Source: Tubiluchus corallicola
Taxonomy: Eukaryota > Animalia > Priapulida
Direction of reading: 5' to 3'
Length of the DNA: 64,000 nt
Assembly (NCBI GenBank): GCA_030141605.1
Contig: JAQGDQ010000020.1
Location: 62,001 to 126,000, forward strand
Shown here: positions 1 to 45,410 of the stretch, one piece after another
Layout: every line of letters starts with the position of its first letter
Numbering within the stretch: the first letter of the stretch is position 1
The notes under the pieces: generated by a model
Seen by the model: the letters and a program-made list of their open reading frames with translations, nothing else
The model's database searches: none
What the model was told of the DNA's origin: nothing
Position numbers and translations under genes: made by a program

Positions 1-926
1 GGTGTTTCCGAAAAGTTTTTCAGTTGCCTGCACATCATTGTACTTTGTAAATGGTCATCTAAATACTGTATTATAGTAACAGTTTCTCTGTCTTTATTGT
101 TCTACTTTTTGTTAATGGCTTTCCTGGCTGTCCTACTCATTGTTACACTTATGTGCTCATTTTGATTGGTCTGCATTTTTGTAAATTGTGGTTAGAGTTA
201 TCTGAGATAGAATTGAACAAATGGTCATATAATGTCCAGTTTTGTGGATTTAAAAATTTTCTTTTCTATTTTATGCTAGCTATGGCAGTTTGCTGAGAAA
301 TATTATAAATACATTGTTTTTTTGGAATGGAGCAATTAACACCACACTTTCACATAGTATAGCCAAATGTTATCAGACGAGGCATATCTAGGTAACCATA
401 CAGCAGCAATATCTTCACAGTGATTTGGGTAAATAGTGGCTTCTTTATAAAGAGGCACCTTAACAAATAAAATTTCAGTGCTTAAGGTAAGGCCGAGAAA
501 CTGAAAAATTGATTATTAAATGAGAGAAGGTGGCAAAATGTTTAAAACAAAATGCTGCTGACTGGGGAGTTGTTAAGCGAGAACTTACTGTACCTAACAT
601 TTAGCCAAGATGGTTTACCTATAACAGGTTTGCGTGGCTGCAAAGTACTTTATATATACACTTGTCCAAGACAATGAATTTTGTGTACTGGTTTTGCATG
701 CCAGGTGTATCGTTTATTCCGTACCATCTCAGAGGTTTTATCCATTGTAACATGAATGCATTTATGACCTGCATCACCAATTTCCCTGAAAAATGTTATG
801 TAAAAATATTAAATGTTTGGACGACAAATTTTCAGCTGTGAAACATTTTATGCTTTAGTTAAGGCATTTAAAAAGGGCCCGGTATTTACTTTTTAATTAA
901 TGTGGCTCACCAAAGTTTTTTTGCAG

Positions 927-3900
927 GTTGCTATGCAAAAACAACTGTTAGTTGCAGCGGGTGTTGTTTTTCCCTTGCTCATCTATACGAAGTATGTTGC
1001 GAATGATTACTATACAGCATTAAATAGGCTTGGAATAGCCTGTTGTTTGATGGGCGTTATTTTTTTTGGATCTCCTTTGGTGTCTATGGTAAGTATCAAC
1101 AAGAGTATAAATCTAAGCAGTTGAACTGTGTAGCTGTGATTGTTGATTTTCTGAGTTAGTTTAAGAACTTATTTATCTGTTGGCAGTAGCTTGGTAGATT
1201 TATTTTTTATCAATAAAAATTTGATAATTGTCTGCCCAGCTCCTAATGTGCAACATTCAGGTAATAACAGTGTATCGGTGTTTGTGTTTTCATGTTAACA
1301 AACTAATCTACTATTGAGTGCAAAAATTTATGAGAAAAAAATATAATTTTCAATTCATGAGACGTGCTTATGGTATTTTAATTAATATTTGGTCAAAGAA
1401 AAAGCTTTGCAATTAAAATATCATATAAATAAGAGTAGATCATAGCTGAAGAAAACGCTTTTACTTTAATAAAAATTTAACTCTGTGAGTTAAACTCTTA
1501 TTTCAAGTCAGATCACAAATACCATATTTTGACAGCAAGCACTGCAAGCTTTTTCAGTAAATTTGTCAGAATTTACATTGAAATTAAATTTACTGTTGTT
1601 GTAGCTATTTTGTAACTAAGGTTGTGAAAGTTACATGGCGGGCTTTTATGATAAATGTACAAAAAATTGACTGCATTGCCAAGTTTACTAAAGCGTTGAT
1701 GCAAGTGCTCAGCTTGTAGGAAAATTTGCATGGTTGCTGCACATTTTTATTGAGGGATGGTCAGGAGCTACCCTTCCAAATATGTTTAAGCACTTTAGCT
1801 GGTGCTCTCTTTTGTCCCAGAGAAATATCTTTTTTGACAATGAACTAGGTTAGGGTCCAACCAATATCAGCTCCATTATTAGACTCTGTCATTGAGTAAG
1901 TTTCCTGCTCTCGGTAGCATGTCATTTATACATGCATTGTGAAACTGTGAATTGTTGATTTTCCGTGTATGCTCTATTTGAAAGCATTTTGCTTGGTTTA
2001 TGAACTAATTCACCTTTAACCAAATATCGAACTGTGTTTTCATGTTGTATTCAGAATTTTGGATTCTTAGTTTACAAAGAGCACCTGTAGTTGAGTGTGC
2101 TTAATGCTATGCATTAATCAAGAAGAGTTGGAATGCAGTACTGTACACTGCAAGTCTGCAAGCTAGAATACAAAATTCAGTGGCTGGGTCTACTCAATTG
2201 AATGTTTATAGCAAGACCAATATCAAGGCCAGCCTTGGTTCTATTGTTAACTAATGATTGCTACTTCCTAGTAACAGCACCATGCTTTTAGGCAGTGCAC
2301 CTCACTTCTAATACTATGCTAACATATACATTGTTATATTTTGAGTTCATGGGCAAATTGTTTGCATGCAATGGTTTTAGACAATTAATATTAATTGTAT
2401 GATTTATGTTTGCAGGGTAAAGTTATTCGCTCAAAAAGTACGGAATGTATGTCATTTTATTTGTCACTTGTCACATTTCTGGTTTCTCTAGAATGGTGGA
2501 TATATGGTTGGTTGATAGAGGATTACTTTGTACAGGTATGTTTACATCTGTACCAAATTTAAAGTAAAAATGCAGATATGCAACGTGGCAACTGCCACAT
2601 GATGTGCTACAAGTAAGCATGGACAAACAAAAAACTTCAGAAATTTTCTCTGGCACAATCAGTTTTTACGTGAAATTTAAAAAAAATTAACTCGACTCAA
2701 CTTAAAAGAGAGGGTCGAGCATGGTTTGTATGCCTGTACTTTTACGCATATACAAAGAAAGTTGTAATATCTAATTGACATTTTGCCAGTGGTCATGTTT
2801 TTCATCTTGATAAAGTAAACAGAGTCTAAACATTTAAATGCAGTCTTGAGGAAAAATCATTTTGGTAAATTGTATTTTAATGGCAGTCTGCTATTTTTGG
2901 TATTTGGACTGTGACTTGTATTTGGTGTTACATTTATACTTTCTGAAACTTCACAATCAGAATGTATTTTCATAAAAGTTTATATATGGGTCTTTCTTGC
3001 TTTTGCTTATTTTGTTGTAGTCCACGTCAGAAATTTAGACAAATTGTTGTAGTAGTGGCCTTATGGCTCTCCTTGAAAATATTCAGTTAAATGCGTCTCA
3101 TACTTGTGCTGACAGAATGTTTGGATCCAGTAAAGTCAATCTGTGTAGCAAGTCTTAACCTAATCCATGCAGTTTATGTTTCTGTACAAACTTATCAATC
3201 GGTTAGTTCCATGATATTTGTGTGATATATTGCCACCAAAAGTCAATTATGTCACACCATATCCAGTACGCAATGGCGATGATTTTAGAAACTTTAATCA
3301 TCATTTGTCTTCGTTTGCTAATTTGTTTTTTGTTTCTGTTGTAAATTCATGGAATATTCTTCCTCTCTATATTTGTAATAGTGCGTCTTTATCGTATTTT
3401 AAATTACATTAAAAAACACTTGAGTTTCAACAGACGCCTCAATTATTACTTTTGTGGTGACCATAAACTAGCTGTTCATCATACGCGAATACTGGTTGAC
3501 TATTCTCAAGTAAGCTTTGACCTGAGCCAATGATGGAACCCTTGTTTTACCTACATGTAGATGTGGTGCCTCTTTTGAAACCATTATTTGTTTTCTAACT
3601 AGCTGTTCATCATACGCGAATACTGGTTGACTATTCTCAAGTAAGCTTTGACCTGAGCCAATGATGGAACCCTTGTTTTACCTACATGTAGATGTGGTGC
3701 CTCTTTTGAAACCATTAGTTGTTTTCTAACTGGCTGCCCTTTATATCGCCAGGCTCGAGATATCTTACTAAACAAACTGTGTACTTAGTTAATTCCATAC
3801 AATATTAAAATTCATATGCAGCCAACAAATGAACACGTTTATCTGCTTTTTCGTGGTAATCAACACTTAAATATAACTACTAATATGCAAGTATTTAAAC

Positions 3901-4462
3901 TTGTACAGAAATTTATATTTCTTACTAAGCACTTCTAACCATTGTATTAGTTTACATAGCTAGCAGACTGTTCAGTTATTGTTTGCACTCTTCTGAGTGT
4001 TACGTTCCATTGGCAAGCAGCTTTATCAATTGTAAAACTGCTTTGTGCAAGCCACAGGGTAATCTCTGTCATATTACAATAAAACTACGTTTAAAGTAAA
4101 TTGAGTCAAAGAGCTCTTACTGAAAGTTATGGTTTCTGCCTTTTTAAAACCGTAATTAGAATCGTAGTCGTCCTAGTCATAAACAAATATTATTATAACA
4201 TGCTTTTAGGGTAGTCTTTGTAAACACGTTAAACAGTTGCTGTTTTTTTATTATTTTTACAATTGTTTGTCAAACTCTATATAGGTGGGCACATATAGCA
4301 TATTTTTCTATACTGTTGAAGGTTCCAAACTTTTTGGGTACAGTTTTGGGCACAACGCAGTTGGCTTTATTTCTCAAGTATCCAAGCAAATCCGAAGATG
4401 GTCTAATTAGTCGAAGTGTTAGTCAACCAGTAATGCCAACGAATATGGGAAATTTTGTGTGA
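927..4462 (+). CDS. SLC50A1: SWEET (MtN3/saliva) sugar transporter, last three coding exons: 927-1088, 2416-2535, 4322-4462; the 5' part lies upstream of the window
   Basis: Phase-0 GT-AG exons join to ...GVIFFGSPLVSM|GKVIRSKSTECMSFYLSLVTFLVSLEWWIYGWLIEDYFVQ|VPNFLGTVLGTTQLALFLKYP...*. These match the second MtN3 repeat motifs (SPL, VIxxKSTExM, WxxYG, DxFxxxPNxxG). Confidence 0.9.
3160..3440 (+). mobile_element. Degenerate 3' end of a CR1/L2-group LINE in a SWEET intron
   Basis: ORF 3218-3412 ends FFVSVVNSWNILPLYICNSASLSYFK, resembling the SFFxxxxxxWNxLPxxxxxxxSLxxFK C-terminus of CR1-group ORF2. Boundaries are approximate. Confidence 0.6.
3466..3731. repeat. Tandem duplication of a 131-bp unit (2 copies)
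   Basis: aactagctgttcatcatacgcg...gttttct starts at 3466 and again at 3597; one visible mismatch (attatttg vs attagttg). Confidence 0.95.
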
Positions 4463-6524
4463 TAAATGACAAACGATTTTTATTTCTATGACTAGTCTTT
4501 GTAACTGCTATTGTACGACTAAGCATTGAAGGTTAAGAAGAAAGCAATGCAACTAACATTTTTCAGACTTTTACTAAACATGATTTTAGTGGTATTTTTT
4601 GATCACTATGTAATAGGTGTATTTAGAAAGTTATCATACCGTAAAGTTTTTTAGTTCTTTAGATTTTAAGTTGAAATATTCATTTTTGTCTTTTTAAAAA
4701 CCCCTCTATTAATATGTGACGAATTATATGCTTGTGGTTATTATGACCAAACAGTGCATCGTCTATACGTTTGTGTGCTTTTTTTTTTTATGCTACAAAT
4801 ATTGCATACATTATACTTATTTTATACTTAATTTCACACAAAGAATATCAGTGCTTTCTTTTTGAAATACTTAAAAATACTTGAAGATGTGCACATTTTT
4901 TCTGGTTAGTGTTTATATTGTTTATGGCATCAATAATATGTAATAGTTTTATTTATTTAACCAAAAGCATCCAGGGTACATTAATAAGTGTTCATTATTG
5001 TTCCCTTACAACCATGTGACAACCATGTTGCTAAGCAGTTACATTTTAAAAGTATTGTGAAAGAAAAAAGTTTTCTGTGTTTCTGTTGTAAATAATTTGG
5101 GTCTGGCTGTATTCACTTGTGAAATAAAACTTTTATCAAACAAAAAAGTCTTGGCTTTTTGCATAATTTTCTAATGCCATTAAAATCCTTATAGTTCTAG
5201 ACTCATATCTTATGTAAAAAAAATATCTGCTTTCCTGCTTTATACCTTGCCTATCCTGCAACACTTTCAGTTCTGATTCATACAAAACGGTTGCATGAAA
5301 TATGTGACCCTAATCAGCTTGTCAGAAATAAAAAGGTATACTTGAAACTTGCAAATTTTAGTTATTGTTCCGGTCATGTAGCTGCTTATAAATGTTCAAG
5401 ATGCAGTATGAGATTGGACAATGAAAAAAACTAGCTAGATTCTTAGCATATTAAGGGTATCTTATTAAGAATCATATATACGCCTACTATTGCTTTAATT
5501 ATGTACTCAGATAGGAAAAGTACTACAATTGGTTTATCATGTGTATATTAAACAAAATACATTGATGACATTATTATTTAAAATTCTAATTTTAGAATTA
5601 CCAATTAGTGGTGGAATGAATTCACAATTATTGAAATTTTAAAACTAAATTAGACAGGAAGAAAGCAGGTGTGAAAAAGTTGAGTCTGAGTCTGAATACA
5701 AATGTCCTTGGTGCAGATTCAGGTTCCACTTTTTTCTAATCTTCTTTCTTTTGGTTGTAGTTTGGTTTCAGGTGCATTTCAGTATTGACATTTCATTAAG
5801 TGCATTGCAGTTTTTGTGGCCAACAAATTGTAGCTTCTTGATCAATTTTATTTAACTCTATTTATTCAAAATGAATTTATCATTATTATTGAAAGTTTAA
5901 CTTTTCAGCTGTAAGACTTGCCAATATAATCCCAAGACCCCAAGGGTGTGTTCACAAAGTGCAGAATAAGTTGTGCCTTTGTGGTTACATTCTGTTTTGG
6001 TTACTAAATGTTTACGTGGAACTTGTGCAATTTATGTGAAACTTGATTTATTCTAACTGTCCTTGTCCGCACAAGTTTATACCTCTTCAGCTTTTAGGAG
6101 CAGTATATGCAGAAGCAAAATATACAAAAATAATTATTAAAGTTTTTTGGGTTGATCTACTAAATGTGTAGATCGCCCATAAAGTATTACTGTATAAGCA
6201 ATTGTATGTTGAGCCATACTTTGAATGCTTTAAAGCTATTTAATGCAATTATGTGCATCATCGATGTTATTGCATTTCATATCCTGTTTTACACAGAGGT
6301 TGTAAATCGCTTACAGGAAAAGGAAAGCGTTTAGTCATACCTCAGATGTAAAACGTCACTGGGGACTAATAATGACTCACAGGCTGAGACTAATATCATT
6401 GAATTTTTTTGCAAATGTGAGACATGTATGTTGTATGTATGTTGGAGTATATTGTGATGCTTGCAAACCTATTTTATTTTTAAAGACTAAGCACCAGTTT
6501 AACCCCCACTCAGCAACATTATAG

Positions 6525-37661
<31,137 letters not shown>

Positions 37662-37682
37662 GTGATATGTTTGTTTTCATTG

Positions 37683-38354
37683 AGGGCTGTCTTAACGCAT
37701 GGACACACTGGGCAGTTGCCTGGTGGCTCCATGAGCATAGAGGCCCTGTGGTAACCTACGTTGAGTTGAGACTTACTGTCAATAAATAATTGAAATCTGT
37801 TTTTCTCAATGTTGAAATTGCACTCAGAATTTTCATGTGCATGATGGTAACCAACTATGCTAGAGGACTTTCATTTTTAAGACTGAAGTTTTTAAAAAAA
37901 ATCTGCTTTGTAACACATTGAGGCAGCAGCGTTTGAATTAAGTTTCACTCATGTGTATTGAAAATGACATCATGAAGACCATTGGCTTTAAGCCAGTTAT
38001 AAAGCATTTCTCTGCAAAGAAATTTCGCAAATGTTTGTGTTGAATATACTTGATTAATACTAAATAATTCATGTTAATTTTATACTGTGCCATCTCCATT
38101 TGTATGGTTTCCCAGTTATGTATCATTTATGCACATTTGTTTACAATTTTTCTGTTTTTTCAAGGCTCATACTATATTGTTCAAATATTGTGTTGATTAA
38201 GCATTGCTGTGCAGCATGTTGGAAGTTCCAATACAGTTACCATGTGTTTAATTTTATCGACCATTTACATTTTTATTCGTGTGAGTGGTTGTTTATGTAG
38301 GAGCCCCTGTGCACTGGTTTGCCCGGGGACCTATAATGCTGTTAAGACGGCCAG
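37683..38354. mobile_element. hAT-type MITE immediately after the integrin stop codon
   Basis: Imperfect 14-bp TIRs agggctgtcttaac / gttaagacggccag; 8-bp flanks tttcattg / tttaattg (1 mismatch). Confidence 0.75.
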
Positions 38355-40522
38355 TTTAATTGTTTTTCTGAATCAATCGGTTTTTTGACTATATTTTTCC
38401 TTAATGAAGTCAACTCATAAATAGTTCCCCTGTCAAAAAGGTAAAAAAAAGAAAAAATTGGTTTGTGACTGATTGTTTTTATCCAGATAAGTTATGTTTA
38501 AAGACGAATGAAGACATTTTGCTTCAAGTGATTGAGTATACCAGTGGTAATAAATGTATTTTATCACTAAATTACGAAAATATGTTCCTTCATTAGTCAT
38601 GTTTAATGATTTTCATGCCTTGCTGTTTCAATGGTTACCTAGATTCTCCACACTGACACCCAGCAGCCTACACAGTAGTTAGCTGTTCTATTATGATGAC
38701 TCAGCCACTGTAATGCTAAGCATGTAAGAAAGAAATGGAATGTAAGTAAATCCAAATATTACTGAAGAAAGCAGCTAGGAACAAACAGCCACTGGACATG
38801 GGCTACTTTTTGCAGTGCTATTACCAGGAATTGCAATTGTAATCGTAGGTAACGTTGTACACTGTACAACTGCAAATAAATGTTGAACTTATCTCAGTAT
38901 TTACTTTGTGGGCTTTCACTCAGGAGTGTTACTCAGTATAAAGTTTACATGTAAAATGCACTTTATGAGACATTTCATTACATAACTAAGATCGAAATAA
39001 TTTTCAATTGAATCGAAATTTCAACTGATTGCTAATGCTGGTTATCATACACAGCGACAGCTGTTGCGCCACTAGGTTACTCTACAATTCCAGCTATAAC
39101 TATTTGAATAAAATTTTTCTACACTAAATTTTTAACAATGTTCACTCTTACTGGTTAGAAGACTGAAGCCATTAAAAATTGGCTTTCTCACCTAAAGTCG
39201 TTACCACAGTAAACCCACATCATTCAACTGAAAATTATTACATTTTTTATTTGCTAAATTTACAAATTTTCTAATTATTAGATCAGTTTTATCTAAAAGA
39301 ATGAATCAAATAAAACTAATTTTTAACCATATACACATACATGATTAATAATTAAAAATAACTGCATGTAGAAATAATTTCAAAACCAAAGGTCTAATGA
39401 ACAGGAGTGATAATTTTAACCTCAACACTGATGTTTCATACATACACCTTTAATGTGGTATGTTGCTTAGAGAAAGACATACACTGTTTAGTAACAAACT
39501 GGCCAGGAAAAAATTAACCAGGCTATGCAACACTATATGCATTGGTTTCTGTTGATGAGACTATGCATATAAGGTATCAACTACTGACTTGTTCACAATC
39601 CTGTTTGCATAGGAAAAACGTCCATAAGTCGGCAGGTAGGCATTCCTAGTTATTCACACTTCCTGATTTTCCACTTTGATACCTAGCTCATTGGCCATTA
39701 CTCTACATTATTTCTAAGCACAGATGTCAACGTTGAGGTGCATGCTGCATCATGAAAAACATTATTTTGACAAAAGCGGTCCTGAAGTTTGCCATTTTTT
39801 TGTCACATTTCTACAAAAACACTATCAACGTATGGAAAAGTGGTTGCTAAAAGTGGACTTTGTAAAAGAACACTGCAGTTACAGTTATGAAGCCCAGTAA
39901 ATTTAGCGTTTATTTTTGTAAAAATAACTGATATTGACCCAATTTTTCTACATGTTATTTTGAGTCATTGTAACATAGCTTGAACTATGCCAACTTATGG
40001 ACAGTTTTGGTTTGTTGAGCACACATATGAAAACCAAATAAACAAATTTGAAGAAATTGTTCACATGGTGTTGATGATAAGACATGACATTACACTGAAA
40101 TAATCCGAACTTGACTGATGAAGACAACAACAAAAAAAATTCAGACTAGCATGTCAATATCAATGCATTAGCTATCAGAGTTCAATGTTGGTCATATAAA
40201 AACTAATTAATATATCACATTTTTACAACTTAATCTTTCAATATGGTGCCATACCGACATGCAGAGTATAATGCACACAAGGAAATGCTGTTTATGTTGT
40301 TTACTCAGTAATGTACATTATGTAAAACAAGTTTCATAATTGCAGATAATGACAATTTGGCGACACAAGAATACCGTAAAATTGAAGTCTTTGACTGTAC
40401 CTGACAGAATTTTTATATCCGAATCTACAAGTAACCTAACTATTCTCAGTAAATAAAAACTTGACTCCAGTTGTCAAAGGCTGTTTTATTTTCACATAAT
40501 GCAAAGTAGAAATAGATTACTT

Positions 40523-41194
40523 TCACTCTCTCCTGAGATTATTTAATCTGGCTTGTAGATCATCATCTGCATCAGGAGTTCCTCCGGCTGCCACAGGCTG
40601 TTGTGCTCCTGGCAGTGTTGATGCTTTCAGTGATCCAGCTGCCTGTGGGAGTGAGGAAAGTTCATCTGTCATTTGCAGACCAAGTTCATCCAATACTTGT
40701 GCAACAACAGCGTCACTTTCTTCTTCATCTTCCTCATCGCCCATTGCATCATCGATTACATCAGCCATCATCTCCTCTTTCATATCCATAATTTCAGACT
40801 GCTTTTCAAATTCCATCATAATCTTTTGAATTTGAGGCAGCTTCATTTGCTTGTTCATATTTGTCATTGCTTTTGTAACACCTTTCATAGCTTGAGCCAT
40901 GGAATTTGTCGATTTCAATGTTTGAATTTTGAGTGACACAGCCTGAATATTTGCTCTCATCAACATAAATTTTTTACAATAACGACGAGTTCGAACCAGG
41001 TCCTTTGCCATTATTTTAACTGCATCCATTTGTCCTTGCTTAGCCATTTTCTTTATATCAGCTATAATCTTCTTTTCTGATTGTTCCATTTTTGTACGCT
41101 CACGGTCTAATTCTCTCATGGCTTTATTGAGGGTACGCTGGTTTTGCCTCAGCATTTCTTCTGGTGTTTTCCTTCGACCAAATAACCAATCCAT
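40523..41194 (-). CDS. CHMP2A: Charged multivesicular body protein 2A (ESCRT-III, Vps2), distal copy with Thr21
   Basis: MDWLFGRRKTPEEMLRQNQR...AKDLVRTRRY...QAVSLKIQTLKS...VLDELG...DDDLQARLNNLRRE (MIM1 C-terminus). Single coding exon, with a splice acceptor 37 nt upstream of the ATG (41232-41233). Confidence 0.97.
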   Translation of the reverse strand: MDWLFGRRKTPEEMLRQNQRTLNKAMRELDRERTKMEQSEKKIIADIKKMAKQGQMDAVKIMAKDLVRTRRYCKKFMLMRANIQAVSLKIQTLKSTNSMAQAMKGVTKAMTNMNKQMKLPQIQKIMMEFEKQSEIMDMKEEMMADVIDDAMGDEEDEEESDAVVAQVLDELGLQMTDELSSLPQAAGSLKASTLPGAQQPVAAGGTPDADDDLQARLNNLRRE

Positions 41195-41803
41195 TTTGAC
41201 AGTGGTAGAAAACTTTTACTTGCAAATGTATCTGTAAATATAAAACTATTGGTTACAAACATTCCTACTCAAATGCAAAAGCATGTAAATCAGTTTTCTA
41301 AAAGATTATTCTGCACAACTGATAAAAGTTAAGTATTTAATACATACAAAAATGTGTATCGGAGTGACAGTAAACTTAATTTATACAACACAATTATATC
41401 AGCTTAATGGGCATGCATATCGTAAACATCGTTGACTTAAGTCGAATATACTTAACTAAAATAAATTGTTGGACTTGTAATTAGCCTTTATTAGAAGGCT
41501 CACTAGATGCCACAGTCACTGGTTTTGACTTTTGATCCTTTTCTGGTTATACTTGTGGATGTGCTCCCAAATTGCATGCAGTAATGGGATTAACATAAAG
41601 GAAAAAACTCAAAACAAAAATGTGAACCAACTTAGGAAAAAGAGTTGAATTTAAAACTAATGCCCCTTTAGTATTAATAATTTATACTGCCTTTTGCCGA
41701 TAAAGAAAATACATTATCGAGCACAGTCTTTTATCAATTAAAGGTCCACTGACCCTGGTAGACTTGCTGTTAAAATCCACTACTGACTAGGAAGATACAA
41801 ATA

Positions 41804-42982
41804 GAGTATATTCCATTTATAACGAGTTTCAAGGGACTGCCGAAATTTGCTCGCTATAACAGAGTCTCGTTATAGCCGAGGCAAATTGTCCGAGTGAGTG
41901 GGTGTGCTATATAGAAATGAAACCCATAAGGCTGATATGAAACGATGACATAGCACTTTCTTTTGAGACTGGCATAAGTTTTCTAATGAGTGCCACTGTT
42001 CAGCAAATATTTCATCATGAAAGAGTAAACTCTAAACTCTATTATTTCTATTACAGAGGCAGTATTTTATGCAATAAATACCTGCATAAAAGTACTGAGC
42101 GAGTTGTTTTTCTAAACCACAACTGTCATTCATTGCGACATTTGCAGACATTTGAGTGCTTTGTGTGGGTGTTAACGGCGCAAGAGCCTGGATGTCTGCG
42201 TGGGCGGAAAGCATAGCTGGTTTTTTTATTTAAATAGCTGTACAGGCTTAGTATAACTGATTATGAGCATTTCATCATGGGCTGAAACATTGCCTAATAA
42301 TTAACTCTGCACTCTAGCAAGCTGGTTTTTTTTTTATTTAAATAGCTGCACAGGCTTAGTATAACTGATTATGAGCATTTCATCATGGGCTGAAACGTTG
42401 TCTAATAATTAACTCTACACTCCTTTAATTATAAATAAAAGCACTGTGCTATTTTAAAATGGTATTTTTATTAAAAATTAAACTTTGCAAAGTCTCAGAA
42501 TTATTTATTTTGCAAAGCAGAACAGCTTTGGTCGTTGTTGTCTGCATCACATTAAATTTGCAACACTTTATTTAAGGAGCTGTCAAGTTGACTGTTTACT
42601 GTCATCTGATAGCTTCCTAACACGTTGACAAACTTGTTGTTTTTCTGACTCATCCTGCTCGCTTCATTCTACCTGCAGTCTATAGGTTATAATTACAGCA
42701 GCGTTTGTACTAAGCTGTTGACTCACCAGCACATCTGAATGATTGTGCTGTACTTGACAGTTGATACACATAACACAGTGTTTTGGAACTCGCGCTCGTT
42801 ATATGCAGGGTAAATACAATCATGGGGCCAGAAAATTCCCTGATAATAAGCAATATTTTGTAATATCAGAGCTTGCTGTAAGCACGGTTTAAATACATTA
42901 TTTAAGACTAAGACTTAGCGGGCTTTGGAATTTCCTTGTAATATTCAGAAGCCTTGTTTTAACAGGCTTGTTTTATAAATGG
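41804..42982. mobile_element. pogo/Tigger-like non-autonomous DNA transposon with an internal approximately 105-bp tandem pair (42215-42420)
   Basis: Left end TA|gagtatattccatttataacgag...caagggac resembles the terminus at 7715. The right part is the reverse complement of 7715-7890. Confidence 0.65.
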
Positions 42983-45410
42983 TATGATAAATTTGTGTTT
43001 CGCTAGCATTGAAACACTTCGAATTTAGTGCCAAGCACACGTCTTGCGAAAAAATAAAAATCGAGGAAAAAAGTGGCGTCCCACTAGGAACCCTCGCTGT
43101 ACTTATATGTGGGCAAACTCAAGCAGTAATAGAGAGACTGTGGCACCTGAATGAAAGTATAAACCCTCCTAGAACAATGTGCTTAAGAGTTGCTAGGTTA
43201 TGCTATAAAGTAATGGATTGAGGGACTAAATTAACATCATAGTCACTCTACACTGTGTTACTATAAACTTGTTGTTCCTTGCAATTTAGTAAACTGAAGA
43301 CTTTGATTCTTATAAGTTTATTTGCTATATAAAAAAAAGAAAAAATTGGTTTGTGACTGATTGTTTTTATCCAGATAAGTTATGTTTAAAGACGAATGAA
43401 GACATTTTGCTTCAAGTGATTGAGTATACCAGTGGTAATAAATGTATTTTATCACTAAATTACGAAAATATGTTCCTTCATTAGTCATGTTTAATGATTT
43501 TCATGCCTTGCTGTTTCAATGGTTACCTAGATTCTCCACACTGACACCCAGCAGCCTACACAGTAGTTAGCTGTTCTATTATGATGACTCAGCCACTGTA
43601 ATGCTAAGCATGTAAGAAAGAAATGGAATGTAAGTAAATCCAAATATTACTGAAGAAAGCAGCTAGGAACAAACAGCCACTGGACATGGGCTACTTTTTG
43701 CAGTGCTATTACCAGGAATTGCAATTGTAATCGTAGGTAACGTTGTACACTGTACAACTGCAAATAAATGTTGAACTTATCTCAGTATTTACTTTGTGGG
43801 CTTTCACTCAGGAGTGTTACTCAGTATAAAGTTTACATGTAAAATGCACTTTATGAGACATTTCATTACATAACTAAGATCGAAATAATTTTCAATTGAA
43901 TCGAAATTTCAACTGATTGCTAATGCTGGTTATCATACACAGCGACAGCTGTTGCGCCACTAGGTTACTCTACAATTCCAGCTATAACTATTTGAATAAA
44001 ATTTTTCTACACTAAATTTTTAACAATGTTCACTCTTACTGGTTAGAAGACTGAAGCCATTAAAAATTGGCTTTCTCACCTAAAGTCGTTACCACAGTAA
44101 ACCCACATCATTCAACTGAAAATTATTACATTTTTTATTTGCTAAATTTACAAATTTTCTAATTATTAGATCAGTTTTATCTAAAAGAATGAATCAAATA
44201 AAACTAATTTTTAACCATATACACATACATGATTAATAATTAAAAATAACTGCATGTAGAAATAATTTCAAAACCAAAGGTCTAATGAACAGGAGTGATA
44301 ATTTTAACCTCAACACTGATGTTTCATACATACACCTTTAATGTGGTATGTTGCTTAGAGAAAGACATACACTGTTTAGTAACAAACTGGCCAGGAAAAA
44401 ATTAACCAGGCTATGCAACACTATATGCATTGGTTTCTGTTGATGAGACTATGCATATAAGGTATCAACTACTGACTTGTTCACAATCCTGTTTGCATAG
44501 GAAAAACGTCCATAAGTCGGCAGGTAGGCATTCCTAGTTATTCACACTTCCTGATTTTCCACTTTGATACCTAGCTCATTGGCCATTACTCTACATTATT
44601 TCTAAGCACAGATGTCAACGTTGAGGTGCATGCTGCATCATGAAAAACATTATTTTGACAAAAGCGGTCCTGAAGTTTGCCATTTTTTTGTCACATTTCT
44701 ACAAAAACACTATCAACGTATGGAAAAGTGGTTGCTAAAAGTGGACTTTGTAAAAGAACACTGCAGTTACAGTTATGAAGCCCAGTAAATTTAGCGTTTA
44801 TTTTTGTAAAAATAACTGATATTGACCCAATTTTTCTACATGTTATTTTGAGTCATTGTAACATAGCTTGAACTATGCCAACTTATGGACAGTTTTGGTT
44901 TGTTGAGCACACATATGAAAACCAAATAAACAAATTTGAAGAAATTGTTCACATGGTGTTGATGATAAGACATGACATTACACTGAAATAATCCGAACTT
45001 GACTGATGAAGACAACAACAAAAAAAATTCAGACTAGCATGTCAATATCAATGCATTAGCTATCAGAGTTCAATGTTGGTCATATAAAAACTAATTAATA
45101 TATCACATTTTTACAACTTAATCTTTCAATATGGTGCCATACCGACATGCAGAGTATAATGCACACAAGGAAATGCTGTTTATGTTGTTTACTCAGTAAT
45201 GTACATTATGTAAAACAAGTTTCATAATTGCAGATAATGACAATTTGGCGACACAAGAATACCGTAAAATTGAAGTCTTTGACTGTACCTGACAGAATTT
45301 TTATATCCGAATCTACAAGTAACCTAACTATTCTCAGTAAATAAAAACTTGACTCCAGTTGTCAAAGGCTGTTTTATTTTCACATAATGCAAAGTAGAAA
45401 TAGATTACTT

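Noticed and set aside
3525-3660. C/D-box snoRNA suggested by ATGATGG and CTGA in the intronic 131-bp repeat
   Set aside because: Within one unit CTGA precedes the imperfect C box. The correct order arises only across the duplication junction, and no terminal stem is evident.
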